Source: an uncultured Chloroflexia bacterium (lineage in GTDB: Bacteria > Chloroflexota > Chloroflexia > QHBQ01 > JADMIH01). From it: DNA of 64,000 nucleotides. Numbering within the stretch: position 1 is the first letter of the stretch; every line of letters begins with the position of its first letter. Location of the stretch: NCBI GenBank assembly GCA_963811305.1, contig CAWEQU010000008.1, positions 68,539-132,538 on the forward strand, written 5' to 3'. The translations under genes were made by a program, and so were the position numbers. Shown one piece after another: positions 28,299-39,706 of the stretch. The notes beneath the pieces are model-generated. The model was not told the DNA's origin, made no database searches, and worked only from the letters and a program-made list of their open reading frames with translations.

Positions 28299-28360
28299 GC
28301 CTTTAGTTTACCATCCGCCCTCCCTTCTGTTGCTGCTGCGTAAGTCCTAGATATAATATT

Positions 28361-29771
28361 TCAGCCAAGCTGGGATACCCGAACAACTTCCGGCGTGCGT
28401 GTGTAGCAATCTTCACCCCTGGACGCTCGCTGGATGGTGGACCAGATGTCGCGGATCCACTCGGGTACGATGACCGGGCGGCCTAGCTCAGACTGGAAAC
28501 GCTCGACAGTCCACTCGTCCAGGGTGCGCACGCCTGTGAAGTCGAACATGCGACGTGGGAGGAAGATGAGGTCGGCAGGCTCCTCTCCCTGAGCAGAGTA
28601 AGGTTGCAGGGCTGCGGTGACCTCCGCGCCGAAAAGTAAGCCGGAGCAGCCGACGTTTCCGCCAAGCGTGGCGTTCTCTACCACTACGAGGCGCACATCC
28701 AGCCCTTCTATATCCCTGAATGGACGAAGGGCGCGCTCCAGGGTGAGCCTGGGCATCTCGCCGCATACCACTACGACCCGTTGGGGGCGCTCGATGCTCG
28801 GTGGGAGGGTGCGGGCGGTGCGCTTCGATTCATCCAGGAGCTGGCGCACGAGGCCGACGCCGTTCTCTAGCTGGGCGTAACCCTCGTATTCCCTGGCGTG
28901 GGGCACGTCCCGGCCCGCCATGATGTACCACTCGTCGGATAAGAAGGCGAAGTTTGTGCCGATCTCATCATGCAAGCGGCGCTGCCACCCCTCGACTTGC
29001 TCAAGCACGGCAGTGCCCTCTTCAGGGCGTATATGCACGAAGGTCGAGCTTGATCTGGTAGTGGTTGTTGCGGCGGAAGCGGGTGAGGCCAATTGGCACG
29101 ACGCCCACCGTCTGCACGTGCGGGTATAGCGCGGCGAGGTCAGATATGGAACGGTCTAGCTGCGCGCCATCGTTCAGGCCGGGGCAGAGGACTAGCTGAG
29201 TGTGGGTCTGGATGCCCATCTCGCCCAGGCGGCGTAGCTGCGGTATCACTTCGGGTGCGCGGGGATTGCCGAGGAGCGCACGGCGCATCTCAGGCTCGGT
29301 GGCGTGGACCGATACGTAGAGGGGCGAGAGACGCTCTTCGTCTATTCGCTGCCAGTCGGCCTCTTTGAGGTTGGTGAGGGTGATGAACCCGCCGTAGAGG
29401 AAGGAATAGCGGTAGTCGTCATCCTTGATGTCGAGGGTGCGGCGCAGGCCGGGCGCGTTCTGGTCGACGAAGCAGAAGGGGCAATGGTTGTTGCACCGCT
29501 TGATGCCGTCGAAGGTGGGGTCTACGAACTCAAGGCCTAGGTCCTGCTGCTCAGGCTTCCTTACCGCGAGCACCAGTGGCGCGCTCAGCCCTTCGCGGGC
29601 TACCTCGATGGTAAGGCGGTTGCTCACCTGGTGGAACTGGTAGCCAACCACATCCTTCACGGGCGTGCCGTTGATAGAGAGGAGCCTGTCGCCCTCCTGC
29701 ACACCAGCGCGAGCCGCCGGGCTGTCCGGCAACACTTTATCTATTCTACCCTGACTCTTATACTGCGCCAT
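28361..29771 (-). pseudogene. PDZ + radical-SAM-like DUF512 protein, one apparent frameshift
   Basis: PDZ (AARAGVQEGDRLLSINGTPV) and Cys cluster CNNHCPFCF in 29022-29771. The DUF512-like tail (FLSDEWYIMAGRDVP..YAQLENGVGLVR) is in 28361-29092. Shift near 29040-29090. Confidence 0.75.
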
Positions 29772-29785
29772 ACTCTAAAATCCAA

Positions 29786-29823
29786 GTTCAAAGTTCAAAG
29801 TTCAAGGTTCAAGGTTCAAAGTT
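29786..29823. repeat. heptamer array (GTTCAAR)x5, single arm
   Basis: Between the PHP gene stop and the DUF512 start, both on the minus strand. Confidence 0.85.
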
Positions 29824-30526
29824 ACTTGAGTTTCTCACCTACCACCGGGATAGCCTTAGCGACGCGCGCCCAGGTGCTGCCGAGGTGGATCAGGCGGCTA
29901 CTGAGCGTGCCATGTACTTTGCCTACACGCAAGCCTGCGAGGAACTCCTGCGGGGTCTCGAATGGGGGTATCTCGGCGTAAGCACGGCCCACTTCAACAA
30001 GCATATGGGCGTCCGAGCCTGCGGACATCGCCAGGTTGTGCTCCTGGGCATATGCCAGGGCGCGCTCGTTGTCTGCGGCGTTCACAGCCCTCGCGTTAAA
30101 CACCTCCAGGATGTCGATAAGCCCGGCCTGCACCAGCCTGTCGAGCGCGGAGGTATCGAGGCGGCTGGCGGTACGCATGGTGTCGAATGGGTGGGGCACG
30201 CATACGAGGCCACCCTGCCCCTTGATGCGGCGCACCGTCTCCTCCGGCGTGAGACCCTTCGGCACAAGCTCGGAGAGGAAGTAGCCTATTATCTCTCCCT
30301 CACTTGACTTCACCTCTTCCGAAGGGATGATCTTGATGGGCAGGTCGTCCATGCGGGCTAGTGCAAGCGCGTTCGCCAGACCGTTATGGTCGGTCACGCA
30401 TAGAGCGCCCAATCCGCGCTCGGCAGCGACGTGCGCCAGCTTTCGCGGGTCGTTGAGCGAATCTTTGCTCAACCGCGTGTGGCAGTGCATATCTACCTTT
30501 ATTAGGTTGCCCTGTGACTGCTTCAT
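29822..30526 (-). CDS. PHP-domain metal-dependent phosphoesterase
   Basis: VDMHCHTRLSKDS...LCVTDHN...VPHPFD...GSDAH: the PHP histidine/aspartate motifs in order. Confidence 0.85.
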   Translation of the reverse strand: MKQSQGNLIKVDMHCHTRLSKDSLNDPRKLAHVAAERGLGALCVTDHNGLANALALARMDDLPIKIIPSEEVKSSEGEIIGYFLSELVPKGLTPEETVRRIKGQGGLVCVPHPFDTMRTASRLDTSALDRLVQAGLIDILEVFNARAVNAADNERALAYAQEHNLAMSAGSDAHMLVEVGRAYAEIPPFETPQEFLAGLRVGKVHGTLSSRLIHLGSTWARVAKAIPVVGEKLK

Positions 30527-30604
30527 AATAAGATGCCTGGATTGCGGCTCAGCCTATAAGTATACCACAAACCTCATATGTAACCCCCAAGAGGGGAAGG
30601 AATT

Positions 30605-30659
30605 CTTCTTTTCTGCCAATTACCCGCCCTTGAAGGGCGGGTAATTGGCAGAAAAGAAG
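30605..30659. repeat. perfect 25-bp stem hairpin in a divergent promoter region
   Basis: CTTCTTTTCTGCCAATTACCCGCCC ttgaa GGGCGGGTAATTGGCAGAAAAGAAG, followed by the GC hairpin GGGGCGTGCC ggc GGCACGCCCC at 30672-30694. Confidence 0.85.
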
Positions 30660-30836
30660 TGAAAGTTTGGCGGGGCGTGCCGGCGGCACGCCCCTACATG
30701 CCGAGTAGCTACGTTGACAATGCACGCTTACACTACGTATAATTTTTGATTGCAAGGTAGGATTCCGGCATCTTCTGGTGCTGAGTAAATGGCAAAGATG
30801 GTTTAGCCTCTCACATGCAAGGAAGGAGTGCGAACT

Positions 30837-32666
30837 ATGGATATGCGCAACCAGGCTTTGAGCTATGAGCAAAGCGCGAGGCGACGTAGCATCGGACCTG
30901 CTATCCTGGTGATGACGGTCATAGGCGCGCTCCTGACACTCACAATCGCGCTGTCGTCAGCTGTTGTGCAGGCGGGGGGCACATACAATGCTGCGAGCAG
31001 GGTCAACTCGCCCAGCACGTTGCGCTGGCAGGAAGCTCCCAGGGTCACGACCCAGACGCTGCACGACGTGGATATGCTATCGAGCACCAGTGGGTGGTCC
31101 GTGGGCGTATCGGGCACGGTGCTGTACTACAACGGCACTGCATGGTCTCCTTTCCCTATCTCCACCACGGGACGGCTCGTGGACGTCCATATGCTCAGCG
31201 CGAATGATGGCTTCATCCTCGATAGGGAGAACAACAGCGTTTACCGTTGGAACGGCACGCAGTGGAGCCTCTTCCATACCGCCCCTCGCAACCTCAACCG
31301 CCTGGACGCGGTTTCAGCCGATAATGTCTGGGTGGTGGGGCTCGGCAAGATATACCACTGCAACCCATGTCCCGCCTCCGGAGGCACCTGGGTAGAGGAA
31401 TACTCAAGCCCCGGTAGCGCCAATATTTTCTCATTACAGATGTTTGTGGGCACCCAGGGAATTGAGGGGTGGGCTACGGGGGCTGGAGTGGCAGGCGAAG
31501 GCGCGTTGGTGGTGCACTATCTAAACGGCGTATGGTCGCAGTACCTGCCCAGCCCTTCATCAAACACCCTGTACGACAGCTTCTTCACAGTGCCCGACGA
31601 TGGTTGGGCGGTCGGCTTCACCAGCACGACTTACGTAATGCGTTATGACGGTATCCAGTGGTACAGGGCCTATACCCTTACCCAGCAGATAGACCGGATG
31701 TATATGTTCTCCCCTAACGAGGGGTGGATGAGCGGGCCGGATAGGGAGATACTGCATTTCCTCAACGGGAGCTTCACATCTGAGTATACCGCGATGAACA
31801 CGGACTTCCTGGCGAGCATCTTCATGGCATCGCCGAGCGACGGTTGGGCAGTCGGCCATTCAGGGATAATGGTGCATTACAGCGACGACGGCACTCCATC
31901 GCCAACGAGTACGGGTGGACCTGCGACGGCAACTCCCACGCGCACGTCCACAGCGACATCTCCTGCGGCAAGCCCCACGACCTCTCCCACTTCGCCAGCG
32001 TCCACCGCGACCTCCGTCGCCACGGCAACGCCATGCAATGTCACCTTCGCGGATGTGCCCAACGACCACACCTTCTACACATTCATTCGATGTCTGGCTT
32101 GTAGAGGTATCATCTCTGGCTATTCTGACGGTACGTTCAAGCCAGGTAATGAAATTACCCGGTCACAGATAGCCAAGATGGTGTCGAATGCTGCCGGGCT
32201 TGATAATGACCCAGGACCACAGATATTCGAAGATGTAGACCCCACGCACACCTTCTATGCCTGGATAAACCGTCTGTCTCAATTGGGCTACATGGGAGGG
32301 TATCCTTGCGGCACTATCCCTGAAGAGCAATGCAACCCGCCTGATAACCGTCCATACTTTAGACCATTCGCCAACGCCACACGCGGGCAGCTAGCCAAGA
32401 TAGTCTCCAATACAGCAGGGATAGGAGGTACGCCGACTGGCCTGTACTTTACGGATGTACCGGAGGACCATCCCTTCTACACATGGATAATGCGACTGAC
32501 CAACCTGGGAGTGATGGGTGGGTATCCTTGCGGAGGGGAAGGTGAACCTTGTGACGATGCGAACAGGCCATACTTCCGACCCTTCTCCAACGTCACAAGA
32601 GGGCAGGCATCCAAGATTGTGGCTAACACCTTCTTCCCTGGCTGCGAGACGCCAGCGCAACGGTAA
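30837..32666 (+). CDS. secreted beta-propeller-like protein with Pro/Thr linker and four C-terminal SLH repeats
   Basis: TM/signal segment (ILVMTVIGALLTLTIALSSAVVQA). Repeated (L..V.M.S..DGW.VG) blades. Linker PSPTSTGGPATATPTRTSTATSPAASPTTSPTSPAST. One canonical SLH (FADVPNDHTFYTFIRCLACRGIISGYSDGTFKPGNEITRSQIAKMV) plus variant units. Confidence 0.8.
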   Translation: MDMRNQALSYEQSARRRSIGPAILVMTVIGALLTLTIALSSAVVQAGGTYNAASRVNSPSTLRWQEAPRVTTQTLHDVDMLSSTSGWSVGVSGTVLYYNGTAWSPFPISTTGRLVDVHMLSANDGFILDRENNSVYRWNGTQWSLFHTAPRNLNRLDAVSADNVWVVGLGKIYHCNPCPASGGTWVEEYSSPGSANIFSLQMFVGTQGIEGWATGAGVAGEGALVVHYLNGVWSQYLPSPSSNTLYDSFFTVPDDGWAVGFTSTTYVMRYDGIQWYRAYTLTQQIDRMYMFSPNEGWMSGPDREILHFLNGSFTSEYTAMNTDFLASIFMASPSDGWAVGHSGIMVHYSDDGTPSPTSTGGPATATPTRTSTATSPAASPTTSPTSPASTATSVATATPCNVTFADVPNDHTFYTFIRCLACRGIISGYSDGTFKPGNEITRSQIAKMVSNAAGLDNDPGPQIFEDVDPTHTFYAWINRLSQLGYMGGYPCGTIPEEQCNPPDNRPYFRPFANATRGQLAKIVSNTAGIGGTPTGLYFTDVPEDHPFYTWIMRLTNLGVMGGYPCGGEGEPCDDANRPYFRPFSNVTRGQASKIVANTFFPGCETPAQR

Positions 32667-32714
32667 TCTCTACGTCGCCAGTAAAGATAGCGGAGAAATG
32701 GGGCGCGATTTCTC

Positions 32715-32743
32715 TTGACTTCCTGGTGCACCTCTGTTAGAAT
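32715..32743 (+). promoter_or_regulatory. sigma-70-like promoter (TTGACT-17-TAGAAT) with ~280-nt leader
   Basis: Hexamers read directly. The leader contains a nested hairpin (CTATCACT..CGTGAT...ATCACG.AGTGATAG) around 32917-32975. Confidence 0.4.
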
Positions 32744-33028
32744 AAGGGTTGCCTGGGTCCAGGTTAGCCTACTACTGAGTACGGGCGCGCCTCTTAACCT
32801 TTACCATCCATTACTGCTATTTCGTCGGGTTCTGCTACGCAGTAATGTTCCTGCTGAAAGAGAAAGATGGGCCAATAAGGTTAGGAGATTTCGTGTTTAC
32901 CCAGGTGCGAATTCACTCTATCACTAAACCGCGTGATGACAGGGGCAGAAAATCACGAGTGATAGCGGTTGAGTTCGCCGTAACGTAGTTAAGAGGAAGA
33001 GGAAGAGGAATTGGAAGGAGCATAAGTT

Positions 33029-36000
33029 ATGAGTTCAGACCCAGAGACTAAGAGCAGACTACGGCCTATGGTGATCCTGCTCGCCCTATTCTTGGGCGCA
33101 GTACTTACCGGGAGCGTCGCACTGGCAGGACTTCCTACCGCAGCGCCGGCGCAGGATAGCCAGTCCGGCAGTACACTGGTACTCAGCGGCCATGTCTCGC
33201 CGGTGGGCCAGGATACGGGGCAAAAAGCAACGCTTTCGCCCGTTACCGACCTTGTCGTGCATGACATAGACATGGGCGCGCTGGGCATTCGCCCATACGA
33301 GGAAAAGCCGCCTGAATATGACACTGGCGCGATTGGCATTGGCAATGCCTACATGGTAGCCAGCCCTGACGTAGTCAGCCAGTCTACCGCCAGCGCATTA
33401 GGCACACTCCTATCCGGCTTCACCCCTGCCGAAAATGTTGATTATTATCTCAACGGCACCCTGGCAGGCACATTCGCAGCCAACGCCAACGGCGTAGTGG
33501 CCGTCGGTATCACTACGGGGGCCGGCCTCGGCTATATCACATTCGAAGGAAGAGGCCAGACCAGCCTCAAGCGTGCGGGCACCGTGGCCCAGGTGCTGGA
33601 TAACGCACCCTACGTGCCTGGCTTCGCTCACGCGCCTCACGCCATCAACACGACGGCAGGCGCAAGCTTCTATGCTTACGGCTTCCGCTGGATCCCCAAC
33701 TCTCCCACCGCGGTGACCCTGTATCGCAACGGGGTGTCGCTGGGATCGGCAGCCACGAGCGCCGCTGGCCGCTTCTTTACGCTGATCACCCCCGCCAATA
33801 ACGGCGACACCTCAGCTATCTACACGGCCATCTCGACCACCGTCCCCTCCATGTCCGGCTCGAGCGTCGAAGAGCGAGCTGACGCAGGCACGCCGCCGAG
33901 TGGTGACATGAACCTGGCTCGCGTCTTTGTAGACAGACCCGTCTACTCCTCCACTCTCGGTGCCTCGATCGGCTTCGTCGGTGAAGGGTTCCAGCCAGGG
34001 GAGACAGTGACCATCTCCGGTTGCGCGTCGGGCAGTGCGCCCGCCGACTCGAACGGTGCGCTTGGCGCCACTGTCACTTTCCCTCCCGGCGCGGGCGTCG
34101 CGCAGTGTATCTTTACCGGGGGCACCAGTGGGCGTGTAGGCCGGGGCAGCGTCGAGGGGAACGTGAACGCTAAGAACGCGCCCTCCGCTATCAATGTCCC
34201 GTCGAACATCAGCACGACCGCTACAAGCTTCGCCATACTATTCAACAGACTGCTGCCCAATCAGAGCGGCACTATCTACATAGATGGTGTGGCCGGACCT
34301 GCGGCCAGCACTAACGCCAGCGGGTATGGGTCGGCATTGCTCACATCACCCGGCACATTGGGCCTGCACGAGGTGGCCTTTATCGGCTCATCAGGGCAGG
34401 TTGCCATAGCCCCACTGTGGATAGTAGCACCGTCAGGCGCTACCTCCACACCCACCAGCGTTCCGGCCACGGCTACCAATACGACAGTAGCAGCGAGCGC
34501 GACAGCGACGGTATGCGTGCCTGGCGCACCTATCCAGGAGACAGAGCCTAACAACACCATCGCTCTCGCCAACCCTATCGGCACGAACGGGGCTGAGGTG
34601 CGAGGGGGGATTACCCCTGCTGGTGATTTAGACTACTTCTCCTTCTCAGCTAATGCTGGAGATAGAATTTGGACGTACATCAACACCTCCAATGCCGCTC
34701 CTTCTACAGACTCTATCCTTACACTCTTCAACGCAGTTAGCACTACCATCCAGCTAGACGATGACAACGGCTTCCAGTCCACATTGTCGTCAGCTATAGC
34801 AGGTGGGGTCATCACCCAGACGGGGACCCATGCCATCCAGGTGAGGCAGTTCGGTGGGGCTACCATCATGTCCCCTTACTCTCTGTACGTTGACAAGACC
34901 ACTAGCAGCACCGTACCAGAGATAGAGCCTAACGACGTTATCACCCAGGCCAATGCATACAGCTTCGGCACGGTGGTGACAGGCTCCATACCTATCTCGA
35001 CCGACCTCGACTACTACACCTTCCCACTAGCCCAGAACGAGAGGGTAGTAATCCAGGTAGACGGAGACCCAGACCGTAACGGTACCAACCTGAGTCGTGT
35101 CAACCAGTTCAACCCCAACTTTGACCTCCTCGCTGCCGATGGCTCGCTGATCACCGCGGTAGACAGCGACAGCCAGGGAGGGAACGGAGGGCTGTTGTCA
35201 GAGGCGCTGGTGTTCACCAACACCTCAGCCATCTCAACGACGTTCGCCATTCGTATCAAGTTCGACCCCTCGACCCCGGTTGAGGACGACCTGGGTATCT
35301 ACAACCTCCACATGTTCAAGTTGGGCGGTGGGGCCTGCGGTCCGACCGGCACACCTACCAACACTGTAGTTGTACCTACCGCTACCGCAACCAACACTGC
35401 TGGCGCAGCGACGGCCACACCGACCATCTGCACCACCAACTACACGTATACCGCTTCAGCGGGTGCGACAATCGTACCTGGTACGGTGGATATAGGTAAT
35501 CATGGCGACGACGTCATCACCTCGGTGACATTGCCATTCCCATACACCGTGTACGACTTGAGCTTCACCACGGTGAACGTCAGCTCCAACGGCAACTTGC
35601 AGTTCAACAGCGCCATCACGGGGCTGAATGACTACATCAATGCCTGTCTGCCTGTCACCGACAGGGCGTACAGCTACACCATCTACGCCTTCTGGGATGA
35701 CCAGATAACTGCTCCCGCTGGCAAGGGTGTCTTTAGCTCTGTGAGTGGAGTAGCGCCTAACCGCATATTCAACCTGGAGTTCCGCACCTGCGGCTTCAGC
35801 ACCGCTACCACCTGTGCGGCAGGCACTGACACCAACTACGAGGTCAGGCTGTACGAGGGTCAGACCAGGTTCGACCTCATCTACGCAGTGATGGGCCTGA
35901 CAGGTTCCAGTGCCACTACAGGTATCCAGAAGAACACCACCACCTACAGCCAGAACACCTGCAACACCGCCATACCTGCTGGGACCATGGTGATGGGCGT

Positions 36001-39000
36001 GCTAGGTGCGTGCGCTACCCCCACCCCTGGTGGAGCGACAGCAACCGCTACCCCCACAGGCCAGGTAGTTACAGCCACGCCTACATCGTGTGCTGGAGGA
36101 CCGCTCGTCTTCAACGGAGCGATAGCGGCGGGTGATCCTACGCAGACCAATCGCCTCTTTAGAGATGACCCACAGAGCACCTGTGCCGTGCCTCAGACCT
36201 GTGCCCAGTCTACCGGTACCTTCCGCTACGATACCTACACACTGACCAACTCTTCCGCTTCTGCTGTGTGTGTATCGATCACGCTAGACCCACAGAGCTG
36301 CACAGGCACATCGTACATTCAGAGTGTAGCCTATCTAGGCACCTTCAACCCAGCCAGCATCTGCGCTAACTACCTCGGTGACATCGGAGTAAGCCCAGAG
36401 GTTGGTGCACCACGCACCTACGAAGTGACAGTGCCCGCTGGGGCTACCTTCGTGATCGTGGTCAACGAGTTGTTCACAGCAGGCTGCCCTGCCTACACAC
36501 TCACCGTGAGTGGGCTACCGAGTGGAGGAGGGTGTCCTACACCCACCGCTGGCACTCCTGTAGCTACCGCTACTACAGCGCAAGCCACACCGACATGCCC
36601 GGCAGGTGGACCCACCGTGTTCACAGGCTCCATCGACGGGAGCGAGCCTACCCACAACAGCGTGCTCGGTGCAGTCTCATCGTGTGGCTCGACCACACCT
36701 TGCCCTGGCGAGCTTGCTGGCACGTTCCACTATGACACATACCAGCTCGTGAACAACACAGGCTCTGCGGTCTGTGTGACGGTAGACCTCAGTGATGCAG
36801 CCTGCGTCTACTCAGAGGTATACTCGGCAGTCCCAGACCCCGGTAATGCCTGCACCGCTTACGTGGCAGACTCAAACCTGGGTGCCAGCTATCAGTCTGA
36901 CAATCCCGGCGAACACCACATACTACTTAGTGGTGGAAGAGTTCACCGAGAACGCAGGGTGTCCATCGTACACAGTCACGGTAACAGGCTTGCCTGGTGG
37001 TGGTGGAGGGTGTGCCACACCCGCACCGAGCAGCACTCCCGTATCGACAGCACCACCGACAGCCACAGTCTGCCCGCCCACAGCCCCAACCAAGCCACAC
37101 GTAGTGGGTCTTGGCGGAGAGAAGGGCACTCCCAACGTCGTCAAGCAAGGGACAGGCTCCGGCAAGCTGAGAGCTGGCTCCTCTACTCGTAGCGGAGGCC
37201 CAAGCACTGGCGACAACACATCACCAATCAACCCGAGGACAAGCTGGAGAGCGACAGCACCGATCAGCTTCATACTCGATGATGGAGCACAGGAAGATAG
37301 CGTGGGCTGGACCAACCAGACGGTCAACTACCCTGCCATCTGGCTCAACCGCTTCTCCCCTGTCGATGGCGACTTCCCCATCCAGGTCAACCAGATCAGC
37401 GTCCAGTTCCCAGGACCCACCTCCGCTGGACGGTCACTGGTAGGGTTAGCAATCAACCTGTTGGTGTACGTAGATGCAGACCGCAACAACGACCCCTCCA
37501 ACGCGGTGAAGATAGCCCAACTCCCTGCTACCGTCACAGCATCTGATGGAGTGACATTCTCCAACTACGCAGTATCGGTACTAGCCAGCACACCAGGGGA
37601 CCTGTACATCGGCTTCTCAGACACGTACAACAGTGGCGGAGTAAGCCCCATAAGCTTCCCATCCCCGCTGGACACGACAGCGTCACAGGTCCGCAGTTGG
37701 GTAGCTGGACAGAGCGCGAACATCGACCCAGACTACGACAACCTTGGGAACAACGACACGCTAGGCACAATCGACAGCTTCGGTCTCCCGGGTAACTGGG
37801 TAATCCGAGCGAGTGGTGACACTCAAGCAGGTGGCGGTGGCTGTCCTACACCTACTGCTGGTGCTAGTGCAACACCTACCTCCTGCGTCGTGAGTGCATG
37901 GACCGACCGCGCACTGATACCTGAGGCACGCGGACGAGCAGCCGGCGCGACCATGGGTAGCAACATCTACGTCTTCGGCGGCAGACCCGCAAGCACCACG
38001 TACACGAACACGATCTACCGTTACGACATCAACGGCAATACGTGGACGCTGATGACGGAGACGCTACCAGACGACCGGACATCGAACATGGCAGCAGGGG
38101 TACTGACCTTCCCAGAGGGAGATCGCATCTTCATCGCGGGTGGATCAGGACCTTCTAGTGCCGTGATAAGCCGGACGCTGGCGTACAACCCGTCAGACGG
38201 CACGCTTACCCCGAAGGCAGACTGGCCCGCAGCCCCCACGCGCATACCTGGTGGGTGGGCGGTAGCCAACAACAAGTTCTACATCTTCGGTGGCTACAAC
38301 CCTGCCGTACCTGAGGTGCTCGCGGACATCTGGGAGTACAACCCGACGACCAATGCGTGGACTGAGATAACCGCAGACCTGAGCCTGGCACGTGGGTACA
38401 TAGCGACCGAAACGCTGCCAGATGGCATGATCTACCTGGCGGGTGGGTTCGACGAACTCGCTGGCGGACACCTTCGCCTTCGACATCTTCAACCCCGGCA
38501 CAGGTGCCATAACGGCAGGACCAGACCTACCGCAGGCGAAGAGCAACAACCACGGTTACAACATCGGCGGTAAGTTCGTGATGCCGAGCGGCGGCATAGA
38601 CGACGTGAACCACGACACGAACACGTGGGTGTACGACCCTGTAGCGGGCACATGGAGCGCCGGAGTACCGACGCTGCATGCGACACGTAACTATGCCAAG
38701 GGATACGGCACAAACGGGACGATCTACGTGATCGGAGGAGCAGACTCGCTAGGTTCTACCTTCTACGACTTCACGCAGCAGTTTAGCACCTCAGGTGGTC
38801 CATGCCCGACCGCTACTGTAGAGCCACCAACCTCTACAGCTACATCCGAGGCGACGGCCACAACGCCACCTGCTACGGTAGTGCCATCCTCTACGGCTAC
38901 GGTAGGCCCAACAGCCTGCCCGATCCAGTACGTGGACGTACCGCCAGGCAGCGAGTTCTATCCCTTCATCAGGTGTATAGCCTGCCGCAAGATAGCCAAC

Positions 39001-39613
39001 GGCTACGCTTGTGGTGGACCGGGAGAACCGTGCGATCCTAACAACACAGGCTACTTCCGACCGTTCATGCCTATCACACGTGGGCAGATAGCCAAGATGG
39101 TCTCGAACGCTGCTGGCTTCGGAGAGGATCCAGGTCCTCAGATCTTTGAGGACGTGCCTCCTAGCCATCCGTTCTACCAGTTCATCAACAGGCTTACAAT
39201 GCGTGGGCACATGGGTGGATATCCATGCGGGACCAACGCAGCGGAGCCATGCATACCTCCTGGCAACCGTCCATACTTCAGATCCTGGTGCAAACGCGAC
39301 TAGGGGACAAGTCTCCAAGATAGTTGCCAATGCAGCAGGCATCACTACACCTGTACCGGCTGGTACTCAGACGTACGAGGACGTACCATCATCCAACCCA
39401 TTCTGGGTATACATCGAGCGGCTAACCGCGCTCGGAGTGATGAGTGGGTATCCGTGTGGAGGAGTTGGAGAGCCGTGCGTACCTCCGGGCAACAGGCCAT
39501 ACTTCAGGCCGTTCGCGCAGATCACGAGAGCACAAACCTCCAAGATAGTAGCCAACACCTTCTATCCTAACTGCCAGACCCCTGTCAGAGCACCAAACGG
39601 TGGGACTGACTAG
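33029..39613 (+). pseudogene. giant (~2,190 aa) modular cell-surface protein, three apparent frameshifts
   Basis: Four ORF pieces: 33029-37192, 36792-38573, 38443-39303 and 39146-39613. Order of parts: signal peptide, beta-sandwich-like repeats, two pre-peptidase-C-terminal-like domains (EPNNTIALANPIG..GDLDYFSF; EPNDVITQANAY..TDLDYYTF), two tandem Cys-rich ~150-aa modules, a Kelch-like region (IYVFGG, FYIFGG, IYVIGG), and C-terminal SLH repeats. Shifts lie near 36890, 38450 and 39280. Confidence 0.8.
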
Positions 39614-39640
39614 GCTCTAGCAGCACCGGAAGAATAAGAG

Positions 39641-39676
39641 AAAGGGAGAGCGGGCCACGTGGCCCGCTCTCCCTTT
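39641..39676. terminator. 18-bp arm palindromic bidirectional terminator
   Basis: AAAGGGAGAGCGGGCCAC/GTGGCCCGCTCTCCCTTT between convergent genes. Confidence 0.7.
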
Positions 39677-39706
39677 TATGTTTCAATTTTTCCTTACGCC
39701 TGAGAG

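Larger units (their letters stand above)
25021..28349. mobile_element. 3.3-kb IS701-like-bounded cassette with 5-bp target site duplication (GATAT)
   Basis: Outer inverted ends are CAGGACTTACGCA (25021) and TAGGACTTACGCA (reverse complement, ending 28349). They are flanked by GATAT at 25016-25020 and 28350-28354. A third end copy, TAGGGCTTACGCAAG, is at 27276. The interior from 25100 to 27275 is visibly AT-richer. Confidence 0.8.
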
